From: Sphyrna mokarran
Taxonomy: Eukaryota
Assembly: GCA_024679065.1 (NCBI GenBank)
Contig: JAGIQG010000005.1
Span: 51,894,001 to 51,958,000, forward strand
Direction: 5' to 3'
DNA: 64,000 bases
This document shows, one piece after another, positions 1 to 10,998 of this stretch (position 1 is the stretch's first letter; each line of letters begins with the position of its first letter). The notes beneath the pieces were generated by a model. That model was not told where the DNA came from and did no database searches. It saw only the letters and a program-made list of their open reading frames with translations. A program made the position numbers and the translations under genes.

Positions 1-509
1 GCAAATACATGTAATCAACAGATAATGGGTTTTTAAACTTCTTCCACAGGAAGCTCCAAGCAGGATTCTATTAATAGAATAGTGTATTTAATAACAACAA
101 CCCAGCAACAATGATGCACATCAGCAACTTCTAATCTCTCTTCTTTTTAATGCCTCATATGCCAATCTCGCTCATGGGTGAGAAGAGTTGCACCTCCATC
201 ATCCCACATAAAATGCAATTCCACGAGTGCTGCAGAGTCAAGTAATTTACACAGACTCACTGCCTGGGTGAGACAAGGGACAGATTTTTGGATCGGTATA
301 AATTACTGCCTTCAAGAAAGGAGGAATAAAGAGCCCCATTTGAGGAGGTTGCATTCACGTGAATCCTCTTTTGGACAAGGGATAGCATGCTAAACAGAAC
401 GAAGAGAAACCTAAGACAGCACAAGGAAAATAAGAAAAAGGGAAAGATAGCAGATAGATTGCACTCAGCATGTAGTTCCAGTGTAAATATAGTTATATGA
501 AGTTTCAAG

Positions 510-640
510 AAAATACTGCAGATGTTGGAAATCCGAAATAAAAACAGAAAATGCTGTTAAAAAAACTCAGCAAGTCTGGCAACAGACTTCAAATATTAAC
601 TCTACACGCTGAATCTTATCAACGTTTTCTATTTTTATTA
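510..640. mobile_element. Short Penelope-like (PLE)-derived repeat with inverted ends
   Basis: AAATACTGCAGATGTTGGAAATCCGAAATAAAAACAGAAAATGCTG...GTTTTCTATTTTTATT. Related pieces at about 37888-37935 and 38185-38280. Resembles, from memory, the palindromic non-autonomous PLE end common in sharks. Confidence 0.6.
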
Positions 641-1880
641 TTGACTTATCTATAGTTAGGTCTAAAGAAAGTAAGTGATACCACTGTACATTCAACGCTA
701 ACATTTAACATTCAATCTCAGCTGCAATATTTAAACAATGACTGACTCTTTTCCCCGTCCATCACGCTTGGAGACCACATGGCTCGAAGTAACCGAGTTT
801 GATTAGAGGCAAAATTACAGTGAAACACACTGAGACTAGCACAGAGGCCTGATAAATTATGGCACCTCCAAGCCAGCTGGTGTCTGTGGACACCAATGAG
901 TGCCTGATAGCTTTGTATTTGCTGACAGGCTCAGAAAGATATTGAGCCTATCAGCAGGCAGCGCAGAGTGACACCAGAATCTGATCATAGAATCATACAA
1001 TGCAGAAGAGAACCTTCAGCCCATTGAGTCCACACTTAGAAACATCTGAACTCCCACCTAATTCCATCTGTCAGCACTTGGCCTATAGCCCTGAGTGTTA
1101 TGATGTGCCAAGTGCTCATCCAGATGCTTTTTAAAGGATATGAGGCAACCCACCTCTACCACCCTCCCAGGTAGCACATTCGAGCCTATCACCACCCTCT
1201 GGGTAAAAAGGATTTTCCTCACATCCCCCTTAAACCTCCTGCCCCTCACCTTGAATGTGTGCCTCTTGTTCCTGACCCTTCAACTAAGAGTAACAGCTGC
1301 TCCTTATCCACTCTGTCCATGTCTTTAACAATCTTACGCACCTCAATCAGGTCGCCTCTCAGTCTTCTCTGCTCCAATGAAAACAACCAAAGCTTACATG
1401 ACTTCTCTTCATCACTTAAATGTTGCATCCCAGGCAGCATACTGGTGAATCTCCTCTGCATCCCTCCAATGCAATCACGCCCTTCCAAAAATGTGATGAC
1501 CAGAGTTGCACACAGTACGCTAGCTGTGGCCTCATCAAAGTTCAATACAACTCCAACATTAATTTCCTGTTTTTGTAATCTATGTCTCGATTGATAAAGG
1601 GAAGGTTCCTATAGTATTTTTCACCGCCTTATGCTGTCAGAGATCTGTGCCAGACACAGGCAAGGTCCTTTTGTTCCACAGAACTTCCTATTATCCTACC
1701 ATTTATTGTGTACCTTCTAGTCAAATTATTCCTTCCAAAGTGTATCATCTCACACTTTTCAGGGTTAAATTCCATTTGCCACTTAGCTGCCAATTTGACT
1801 ATTCCATCCATATCTTCTTATAGCCCAAGACACTCCATCTCACTGTTAACCATCTGTCCGATCTTTGTGTCATCTGCAAA

Positions 1881-2180
1881 AGGTGGCGGCAGGGTAGCAC
1901 AATGAGTTTGAATCCTGGCTTGGGTCATTGTCTGTGTGGAGTTTGCACATTCTCCCACGTCTCCGTGAGTTTCCCCTGGGTGCTCCGTTTTTTTTCCCCA
2001 CAGTCCAAAGATGTATGGGTTAGGTTGATTGGCCATGTTAAATTGCCCCTTAGTGTCAAGTGAACCAGCTGTGATAAGTACATGGTGTTGCAGCAATAGG
2101 GCCTAGATGGGATTATGGTCAGTGCAGACTTGATGGGCCAAATGGCCTCCTTCTGCACTGTACTGATTTTATGATTCTAA
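1881..2180 (+). mobile_element. HE1-like V-SINE with CR1-type tail
   Basis: tRNA-like head; V-core CTGTGTGGAGTTTGCACATTCTCCC...CCACAGTCCAAAGATG; tail GATGGGCCAAATGGCCTCCTTCTGCACTGT...ATGATTCTA; TSD GCAAA at 1876-1880 and 2181-2185. Confidence 0.9.
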
Positions 2181-2432
2181 GCAAACTTACTAATCCTACT
2201 CCCTACATAAGTCATCAATGTCATTGACTTAATAATAGATCCTTTGGTTCGCTTTTGGGCACTGGCTTCCAATCACTAAAGCAGCCTTCTATCATCATCC
2301 TCTTTCCCACAACTGAGCTAATTTTGAATTCACTTTATCAAATGACTCTGCATCCCATGTGAACTTACTTTCTTTACAAGTCTTTTATGTGGGAATTTGT
2401 CAAAGGCTTTGCTGAAATTCATATAAACTACA

Positions 2433-3394
2433 TTGATTTGGCAGAAAATGTAGCTGGTCTGATTAGTAAGTTTGCAGATGACACAAAAATTGGTGGAGTT
2501 GAGGATAGTGAAGAGGATTGGCAGAGGAAACAGCAAGATATAGATCAGTTGGAGACTTGGGCAGAGAAATGGCAGATGGAATTTAATCTGGACAAGTATG
2601 AGGTAATGAATTTTGGAAGGTCCAATGCATGTAGGAATTATAGTGTAAATGGTAGAACCCTTAGAAGTATTGACAGGCAGAGAGATTTGGGTGAACATGT
2701 CCACCGATTACTGAAAGTAGCAACACAGGTGGATAAGGTAGTCAAAAAGGCATACAGCATGCTTGCTTTCATGGCTCGGGGCACTGACTATAAAAATTGG
2801 CAAGTCATGCTGCAGCTGTACAGAACTTTAGTTAGGCCACATTTAGAATATTGCGCACAATTCTGGCCACCACACTACCAGAAGGATGTGGTCATTTTGG
2901 AGAGGATACAGAAGAGGTTTACCAGGATATTGCCTGGTCTGGAGGATATTAGTTGTGAGAAAAGGTTGGATAAATTTGGTTTGCTCTCAATGAACAACAG
3001 AAGTTCAGGCGTGGCCTGATAGAGGTTTACAAAATTATGAGTGACTTGAAGAGAGTGGGTGATCAGATGTTTTTTCCTAGGGTAGAAAAGTCAAGTGCTG
3101 GGGTACACAGTTTCAAGGTGCATGGGGAAAAGTTGAGAGGAGATGCGTGAGGTAAGTTTTTTACACAGAAGGTGGTGAATGTCTGGAATGTGCTGCCCGG
3201 GAAGGTGGTGGGAGCAGGAACAATAGTGGTACTTAAGGGGCAACTCAACAAATGCATGAACAAGATAGGAGTGGAGGGATACAGACTCCGTAAGTGCATA
3301 TGGTTTTAGTTTAGCAGACATTATGATCGGTGTAGGCTTGAAGGGCCAAAAGGCCTAATCCTGTGTTGTACTATTTCTTGTTCTTTGTTCTTTG
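2433..3394 (+). mobile_element. CR1 LINE 3' portion (ORF2 RT C-terminal region) nested in the minus-strand CR1
   Basis: ORF 2387-3019 with [34 protein letters not shown]; tail (TTCTTTG)n; TSD ACTACA at 2427-2432 and 3395-3400. Confidence 0.92.
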
Positions 3395-3639
3395 ACTACA
3401 CGACCCTCGTCTACACACCTGATCATCTCCTCCCTCCGATGAAGATATGTTGACTATCCCTGATCAAGCTTTGCATCATCAAGCGGAGATAGGTACTCCC
3501 CTTCAGAAGTTTCTCTGATTGGTGATTTCTGCACTCTGAGAGCAGGGAAATATTGGTGAACACTGGGAAGAAGAAGAGGGAGAGAGGCAGCAGCCAAGGT
3601 GAAGACTGCCTGTGTTTAGTTAGTTAGCTTTTTTGCAAA

Positions 3640-4040
3640 CTGGCAAACAAATCCATGAGAGAGCCAGTCAATCAGGACTCAGAAGTAAACCTTTGTTGAG
3701 GGCAGCGACATAACCCTGAGGCCAGGGCTGAGGAGAACGGCGCAGGCCATAGCCAGGCAGCCAGTAGGGTGGCAAAGTTGTCAAGGTGAGGTGCAAAGTG
3801 CCACCAGGGTGAGGTGAATTGGCAAAAAGAGCCAGGAGGGAGGGAGAGTGAGTCAGCGAGTCGAGGCTAAGGAGAGAACCATTATTGAGTGGAGCAGGGG
3901 CAACTTGACCCCCAGGCCAAAGCTGGGCAGGCCAAAGCCAGGTAACCAGCAGCAAGGTATGGTCATCAATATGAGGTGCGAGGCACCACTGGGGCCAGAT
4001 GAATCGCTGAAAAAAGCCATGAGAGAGGTGGTGAGTGAGC
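3640..4040. repeat. Degenerate tandem duplication, unit about 185-190 bp, about 2 copies
   Basis: GCAGGCCATAGCCAGGCAGCCAG...GTGAGGTGCAAAGTGCCACC...GTGAATTGGCAAAAAGAGCCAGGAG recurs as GCAGGCCAAAGCCAGGTAACCAG...ATGAGGTGCGAGGCACCACT...ATGAATCGCTGAAAAAAGCCATGAG. Confidence 0.55.
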
Positions 4041-5340
4041 TGCAAAATGGTGATATAACTCAATTGAATGCAATTGTTAGGGTCTGTTAAAAGGTTCATC
4101 ATGGAAGTTCAAAATGACTATAGCTCAATGGAAGCAGAAGCACTGACATTAACAAAAGGTGTTGGTCCTTTTGATGCTGAGAAGCATACAAGATACTGTT
4201 GGTTATTTTTTAATGAAATTAGAGACAAGGAAATCACTTTAAAAGGGAATGAGTAGATCATTGCTGAGACTGTCAGTTATTTGTGACACAACAATAATGG
4301 CGCAATTGAAGAGTAGAAATGAATAAAGAACAAAGAAAAGTATAGCACAGGAACAGGCCCTTCACACAAGCCTGTGTCAATCATGATGTCCTAATTAAAC
4401 TAAAAAAAACCCTCTGTTCTTTCTCTGTCCATATCCATCTATTCCCTTCCTATTCATGTACTCAAACAAATGCCTCTTAAATGTTGCTAAAGTGCCTGCC
4501 TCCATCACTTTCTGGCAGCAATTTCCAGGCATCCACCATTCTCTGCATGAAAAATATACCCTGCACATCTCCTTTAAACTTACCCCTTCTCACCTTGAAC
4601 CTGTGCCTCTTTGTAGTTGAAAAGCCACTGACTATCCATCCTGTCTCTGCCTGTCATAATTTTGTAGATCTCAATCAGGTCTCCCCTCAGCCTCTGTCTT
4701 TCTAGTGAAAACAATCCTGGTTTACTCAAACTTTATTCATAGCCAACACTCTTGAGACCAGGCAACATCCTGATAAGCTTCCTTTGCACTCTCTCCCAAT
4801 CTTCCACATCCTTCTGGTAGTATGGTGACCAGAACTGCACACAATACTCTAAATGTGACTAACTAAGGTTTTGTATAACTGCAAAAATCTCTGAAGCAAA
4901 TTGTTGATTTACTTTACATGCTTTTCAACAGAGGTTGGGATGAGAATGCTAAAAGCCACTGTGGTTAAAAAAAATTAAGTGAATTCTACCAAGAGGACAA
5001 AGACAAATCTTTTTGAAGATGAAGCGAAACAATTAAACAATAATGATGAGTTTTGTGCTTTGAGAACATCAGCTGATTTGTACAGACTTGTCCATGACAG
5101 TTTGCAGTCAACCTTTTCAAATGTTGAGACCATTCTGAAAATATTTTTAATAATATTTGTCACAAATGCTTCCAGTTAACATTCTTTTGCTATATTGAAG
5201 AGTTTAAAAAAATTACTTGTCAAGTATAATGAGTCAGGAACATTTGTGAAGTTCAGCAATATTGATGATTAAAATTGTCTTTACCTACGACGATGTAACT
5301 GATGATTTTGCAAAGAAAAATTGTAGAAGAAATGAAGTGA
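4030..5340 (+). mobile_element. hAT-superfamily (ZMYM1-like/Tip100-type) transposase relic, C-terminal half with dimerisation domain
   Basis: Across stops and frameshifts it reads FSNVETILKIFLIIFVTNASS*HSFAILKSLK/NYLSSIMSQEHL*SSAILMI...YDDVTDDFAKKNCRR. This follows the hATC pattern FPN...T.AS.ERSFS.LK..K.YLRS.M.QERL. Split by a CR1 at about 4324-4885. Confidence 0.8.
4324..4885 (-). mobile_element. CR1 LINE 3' end inserted in the hAT relic
   Basis: Tail AAAGAACAAAGAAAAGTATAGCACAGGAACAGGCCCTTC, followed by the reverse complement of the CR1 ORF2 end. Confidence 0.88.
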
Positions 5341-5932
5341 GAAAATCTTAAAAGTCTTTCTGTCTTCCATATTTTCTTGTTTAAATTCCTCTTTACAAAA
5401 CAGACGATTGTTGGTTTGATATAATAACTCTATCGACCACCACTCTCAAGACTGGCCTTTGATAAATCTCTTCAATACAATATCCTTCAGGCAGAGGCAC
5501 TGACGGTGGATTTGGGCCCACTGGATATTGCAGTCACATGAATTTATGGCAATATCTTCTTTGACTTTGTCACAGGAAGTAAGGAAGTTAAGTCTTGAAA
5601 CTGAATGAGATTCTGAATTATACTGAATGGATGCAAATGCATCTTGCTGATTGGAATATTACAGCTGTCCTGGACTGGCCCATTCAGTCCTGCACTGGCC
5701 TGTGCTGCAATGATGTCATTGGCCCATCAGCAAGTTCCATGTTTGTTCGCCTCAAACAACACATTGCAGTACTGACCATCTTTACCATCATTCTGACAAG
5801 AGGTAAGCTTGGATTTCAATCCAGCAATTATTCATACAGGCAAGCATTTTAAGTTAAAAAGCATTGATCAATTTGTGTATTTTGTGACTTACGGCTTTGA
5901 GTTCTGTGCGGCAAGAGGACTGGAGTCAAAAG

Positions 5933-6107
5933 AGGCATTACATCACTGGGGAAAAGACATGAAATCACTGGGGGAGGGGCATGGCATAACTGGGAGAAGA
6001 GCATGGCATAATTTGGGAAGAGGCATGACATAATTGGGAAAGGGGCATGGCATAATTGGGGGATAGGCATGGCATCATTTGGGGAGATCATGACATCATT
6101 TTGTAGG
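5933..6107. repeat. 22-bp minisatellite, about 8 degenerate copies
   Basis: Units such as AGGCATGACATAATTGGGAAAG, GGGCATGGCATAATTGGGGGAT and AGGCATGGCATCATTTGGGGAG at a 22-nt period. Confidence 0.9.
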
Positions 6108-6116
6108 CCAGAGATG

Positions 6117-6262
6117 AACCATAGAACCATAGAAAGTTACAGCTTAAAAACAGGTCTTTTGGCCCTTCTTGTCTGTGCCGAATCATTTTTTGCCTAGCCC
6201 CACTGACCTGCACTTGAATCATTTCCCTCCACACCCCTCTCACCCATGAACCTATCCAAGTA
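6117..6262 (-). mobile_element. CR1 3' tail fragment
   Basis: AACCATAGAACCATAGAAAGTTACAGC...GGCCC tail. Confidence 0.75.
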
Positions 6263-6479
6263 AAGGTGAGTGCAGGGCTCCACAAGATGCAAGTCTGCCA
6301 CTATGTTTGATTATCCCCATATAATCTGCATGTAGCTGATACCATTTTGTTGGGAAAAGGTCTTGTCTTAAACTAAAACGTTGCTACAATTTCAGTCTTG
6401 AATAGACCCAATAAATAGATCTAATCTGCTCTTTGGTTAGTAAATAGACTTTCTTTGATGTAAAGTCCAATTGTATGTC

Positions 6480-7115
6480 GTAGAAACATAGGAAATAGAA
6501 ACAGAACTTGGCCGTATAACTATTTGAGCCTGCTCCACCATTCATTTTGATCATGGCTGATTATCAAATTCAGTATCCTGATCCTGCCTTCCATCCATAA
6601 TCTTGATCCTTTTAGCCTAAAGAGCTATATCTAATATGTTCTGGAAATCACACAATATTTTGGCCTCAACAACTTTCTGTGGTAGTGAATTCTAAACATT
6701 CACCACCCTCTGGTGAAGAAATTTCTCCTCACCTCAGTCCTAAAAAGTTTACCCCTTATCCTCAAACTATGACTCCCAGCTCTGGACATGCCACCATTGA
6801 GAACATTTTTTTCTGAATCCATCTTCTGATCCTATTAGAATTTTATACGTTTCTATCAGTTCCTCTCTCACTCTTCGAAACCCCAGTGCATATGATCCTA
6901 ACTGACTTAGTTTCTCTTTAGATGGTAGACCTGCCTTCCTGAATTAGCCTGGTAAACCTTTGTTCTACTCCCTCTATTGCATGGACATTCCTCCTCAGAA
7001 AAGGACACCAAAACTACAAACTATACTCCAGGTGGTGGTCCCATCAACGCCTTGTACAGTTGCAATAAAACATCCCTATCCCTATACTCAAATCTTCTCA
7101 CTGTGAAATCACATC
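6480..7115 (-). mobile_element. CR1 LINE 3' portion, older subfamily
   Basis: Tail TAGAAACATAGGAAATAG...GAGCCTGCTCCACCATTC...GATCATGGCTGAT, then ACCCTCTGGTGAAGAAATTTCTCCTC. Confidence 0.85.
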
Positions 7116-7317
7116 CTACCACCAACTTATTGACTGGGACAGTGGTATTAATTGATATTCAATAGATTTTTTAACTGGCTCCATCTCTTCATTTTCCCTC
7201 CAAAAAATATAAATAGGAATGTGAAAGCATTGGACAGAAAATGAGTACAGTACATAACAGCTCAGGCCTGAGAGCACTGTAACTTCAGTTAGAGTAACTG
7301 CTGAAAAGAGAAAACTA

Positions 7318-8390
7318 GGGGCAGAATTCTCTCAAATAAATTCTAAGTGTTGAATTCAAGTGAAAATTGGAGTAATTCATGCTGTTTTTTTCAGTGGACT
7401 CAGAGAAGAATCTCCCAAACTCTGTGTACTGCAGAGGACACCAGCATGAATATCAGTAAATTTCAGGGGTCGGGGCCTATTCCTGGTGGAGAGGTGAAAT
7501 TGGGGTGCTGAGTGACACATGCACAGTGGCCCTGTACTGCCGGCTTCCCAATTGCTGACCAATCCTGTGACCCTGCGTTACTGGTTATCTGTCACTCCAC
7601 TGCTGGATCACTAGCCCCTGGACCATTCCCGGGCCGAGCCCCAATGCCGTTTCCCCCCCCTCAAAAGCCCCACCCCTCCAATCAGCTCACCCTACTGTAG
7701 TGCCGACTATCCCCTCCCAGCAAGCTGACGATCCCTCCTGTCTGATATCCCCGCTGCCCTCCCTCCCTCCTTTCCCATCAATCCCTATTCAGAATGGCAG
7801 CATGACCCCCCCATTCCCAAATATCACCACTAAGCCTTTCCCATTAGACCCTGCCCCCATATGCCCCATCCCTGGCACTGCCCATGTCTAATGGGCAGTG
7901 CCAAAGTGCCCCCTAGGCCCTGGCAATTTTCCCATTGGGCAGTGATGGGGACACAGACTGGCACTGCCCAGGTGCCAATATCAAGGGGGCATCCCTCCCT
8001 TTATCACCTGACCTTCTGTGGGACCCCAACTGCCACCTCCCCCCACCAACTCCAGTGGGGTTGTGCCACTAGTTTCCTGCTGGAGCGAAACACTCTGGTG
8101 GGGGGTAGAGTGTGCAGAGGTAGATGTCAGTGGGCATAAAAAATTCAGTCCGAGACCTGCTAATGCATTTAAATTACATTAAAATTAAGATTTAAGTATT
8201 TACCCGACCTCCCTCCCCTTGATTTCTGGCGCAGAACAGATGCCGCCAGAAATCTGGCACTAGGAGCTGCTATCACTGTAGAAATGAATGCACAAATCCC
8301 ATGCATCATCCAGCATGGAATCTCTCCACCTCCCCCCTCCACCCCCAACCCAATCAAACGTTCTTGGACAGGGAACATCATCCATTGTGC
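7318..8390. mobile_element. Putative non-autonomous Harbinger-like DNA element
   Basis: Starts GGGCAGAATTCTC, the same terminal class as the MITEs with 3-bp TSDs in this window. C-rich interior with GGCANTGCC palindromes. Right end uncertain. Confidence 0.55.
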
Positions 8391-8707
8391 ATGGCATCAT
8401 ATTAGAGGTCAATGGAAACAGGAATAATGAAAGCACAAAGAACTAGTCAGTGATTCCAAAACTGGGAAACATTTCTCAATTTCTAAATAGCATCTGACTG
8501 TATGTGGCACCATTTGGAAATGGTGACGTTGGTGGAAGTGTTAGCAAGGCCAGTAATGTTAATGTGCATCTCAGGCCTCAGCAAATGACTCATATCAATT
8601 GTTTTGTGTTTGCCTGCGTCAGTGTATTTTCATATTTTCAAGTTATAAAAAGACATGGGGAATTGCTGAAAGTCTTAAATAAAACAGGAAACCCATTAAA
8701 CTATATT

Positions 8708-8815
8708 TTCTTTATTTATTTGTTCATCACAAGTAGGCTCACGTTAACACTGGAATGAAGTTACTCCAATGCCGGGTCTGGTACACTGAGGGAGAATTTA
8801 GCATGGCCAGTGCAT
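8708..8815 (-). mobile_element. V-SINE 3' fragment with the alternative (Rex-like) tail
   Basis: Reverse complement reads AGTAACTTCATTCCAGTGTTAACGTGAGCCTACTTGTGATG...AATAAA. Confidence 0.75.
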
Positions 8816-9764
8816 CTATTTAATGGCTTTGTTATGGAAGCACACAGGCTTTGTACATAGTTTCAGGACTGTCTGTGTTCAGAAACTTATAGGGTTGGAT
8901 TTTGCAGTTGTAATGATGATCAAATTGTACGCATAGAGGATAGAGTGAAATTCTGATCTTTATTCCACTCTCTGTAAAATGATTAAAAAGCAGAATAGTT
9001 TCCCAGTTGGATGAAGACAAGTCTAGTGCATGTAGGACAGGGAAATCACCGAAAATGACGTGGGGTCAACTTCCTGGAGCAGTTTCTTAGTCCAGTAGGG
9101 CCCCCCCCCCAGCCCTCACCCCCGCCTGCCCCAAGGTGTGGCAGCAAAGCAATAGAGCTGACTGGGAAGAAAAAATTTAGAGCTTTTTAAATGTGAATTC
9201 CTTCTTTCCTAACAGCATACACTTGCACATTGTGCCTATCAGGGTCACCTAGTCAAGTGAACAGTGGGCAGAGCTTCTTCTGTGAAACTTGCCGGAAAGA
9301 GCTCCAGCCATGACCATGGAGAGACTACTGTTTCAAAGCACTTTGGGTCTCAGAGAGTGCTATCACTGCTTGACAGCTGATTGGCAATTTCTTGGAAAAA
9401 ACGCCCGCCCAGCTCTTTGCTCACCTTGTACTTCTTGGCTGCCAGTCTTCATCACAGAATGGGAGCAACTTTTACAACTCCACCTCCTATGCTGAGAGCT
9501 GTGAACTAATGCCACACTACACCATAAACTCCAGCAACAATAGAAACAATAGCATCAGCTGCTTTCTTCTTGACCACATACCCGTCATGATTCAGATGGG
9601 ATAGGCACTGGGATACCCCAATACACAAAATGGACAGGCAGAGGTTTTAGCTCTCCTGACATACTTAAGCACTACAGCCTCAGGAGACTCAAGCTTTCAT
9701 GATTGATCTTCTGGGGAAAGACCTCCTTCCCAGTAAAACAGGTGGCATGCATTGCTACTATGCC

Positions 9765-10045
9765 ATTAGCACTGCTGCCCCACAGTGTCAGAGACCCTGG
9801 TTCGATTTCAACATTGAGTCGCTGTCTCTGTGTTGAGTTTGCACATTCTTCCAGTGTCTGCATGGGTTTCCTCCAGGTGCTATGGTTTGCTCCCACTGTC
9901 TAAAGATGTGCTGATTAGGTGGATTGGCCATTCTAAATTGTCATTTAGAGTTCCGTGTTAGGGGGTAAATGCCTGCTCTTGTGGGAATAGGGCTCTTTTG
10001 AAGAGTCAGTGCAGATTCAGTGGGCTGTATGGCCTCCTTCTGCAT
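9765..10045 (+). mobile_element. HE1-like V-SINE with CR1-type tail
   Basis: TTAGCACTGCTGCCCCACAG, B-box GGTTCGATT, V-core, tail TGGCCTCCTTCTGCATTGTAGGGTTTCTAT. Confidence 0.88.
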
Positions 10046-10811
10046 TGTAGGGTTTCTATAATTCTAATGGCTGAGAGAGTGCTTGTCAATGACCTCTCAA
10101 TGGCCATGGCTGGAGCTCTTTCCAATGTATCTTCCTGCTGTGCACCACTTTGATGATCGCGATAAAGACCAAAAGCCCCCAACCACCTCATCCACCATTC
10201 AAAATATATGGGTCAGTGGCTTTCCATGGAAATTGCTAATGATGTTTTCTCTCAACTGAAGGGTTTCAATACCACCTGCACTGACACTCATGGGTTAATC
10301 TTTCAAGACGAAGTTGCCGGCAGAGAGCCTCAACTGCAAACAACACACATTAGAAATTTAAATGTACAATGATCGAACCATTCTGGTCAGAGAATCAGGG
10401 ACAGTACACTCCTGAAATCACAAATTGTGCTCCTTATCAGTAAGACTTCCTTTCACAGCACCGACTGCCACAATGACCCCATCAGATACATCTCACTTCA
10501 TTGAATATATTTGGTAAGTTGTTCTCTAATGGGTAAATTGTGTTGTATTTTGTTAGCTTGGGAACGTTTAACACATTTGTCTAAAGTTCTTCTGTTTTAA
10601 CTGAGCATTATCCCATTGATTTTAAATGATGAAGCCATATCACATTAACATGTGAAGTACACATACGATATTGCATGGTTACATTTTATGCCTGGTAGCT
10701 ACGTGCAAGAATGATGTAAAAGCCATTTTGGGACTTCTGCAGGATTTTCTGCTCCTGTTTTTGGAGGGTTTGGGAGCAGAAAATCCTGCCAGAGGATCCC
10801 AAAATAATTCA

Positions 10812-10998
10812 GGTGGATTGGCCATGCTAAATTACTCCTTCATATCCAAAGATGTATCAATTAGGTGGATTAACCATGACAAATGCATGGGACTACAAGG
10901 ACAGGGCAGAGGGGAGAGCCTGGGTGAGGTGCCATTTTGGGGAGTGAGTGCAGACACAATGGGTCAAATGGCCTGTTTCTGCACTGTAGGGATTCTAT
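10812..10998 (+). mobile_element. HE1-like V-SINE, 3' half
   Basis: GGTGGATTGGCCATGCTAAATT...ATGGGTCAAATGGCCTGTTTCTGCACTGTAGGGATTCTAT. Confidence 0.82.

Larger units (their letters stand above)
985..3520 (-). mobile_element. CR1 LINE, 5'-truncated and decayed, interrupted by a SINE (1881-2180) and a second CR1 (2433-3394)
   Basis: Minus-strand ORF pieces KWQMEFNPEKCEMIHFG, QRRFTSMLPGM, LFSLEQRRLRGDLIEV, VVYMNFSKAFDKFPH, FADDTKIG. 3' tail at 985-1030. The element resumes at about 3395 after the nested insert. Confidence 0.9.

Noticed and set aside
2420-2445. Twin-priming 5' inversion at the minus/plus CR1 junction
   Set aside because: Each CR1 has its own 3' tail and the minus element resumes at 3395 with a TSD, so this is a nested insertion.
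2387-3019. Longest ORF (210 aa) and the other RT-like ORFs as host genes
   Set aside because: All are fragments of 5'-truncated CR1 or Rex ORF2 with stops and frameshifts. The N-terminus of this ORF is antisense sequence of the host CR1.
5933-6107. CRISPR-like array
   Set aside because: Contiguous degenerate units without unique spacers, no cas genes, and a vertebrate context.
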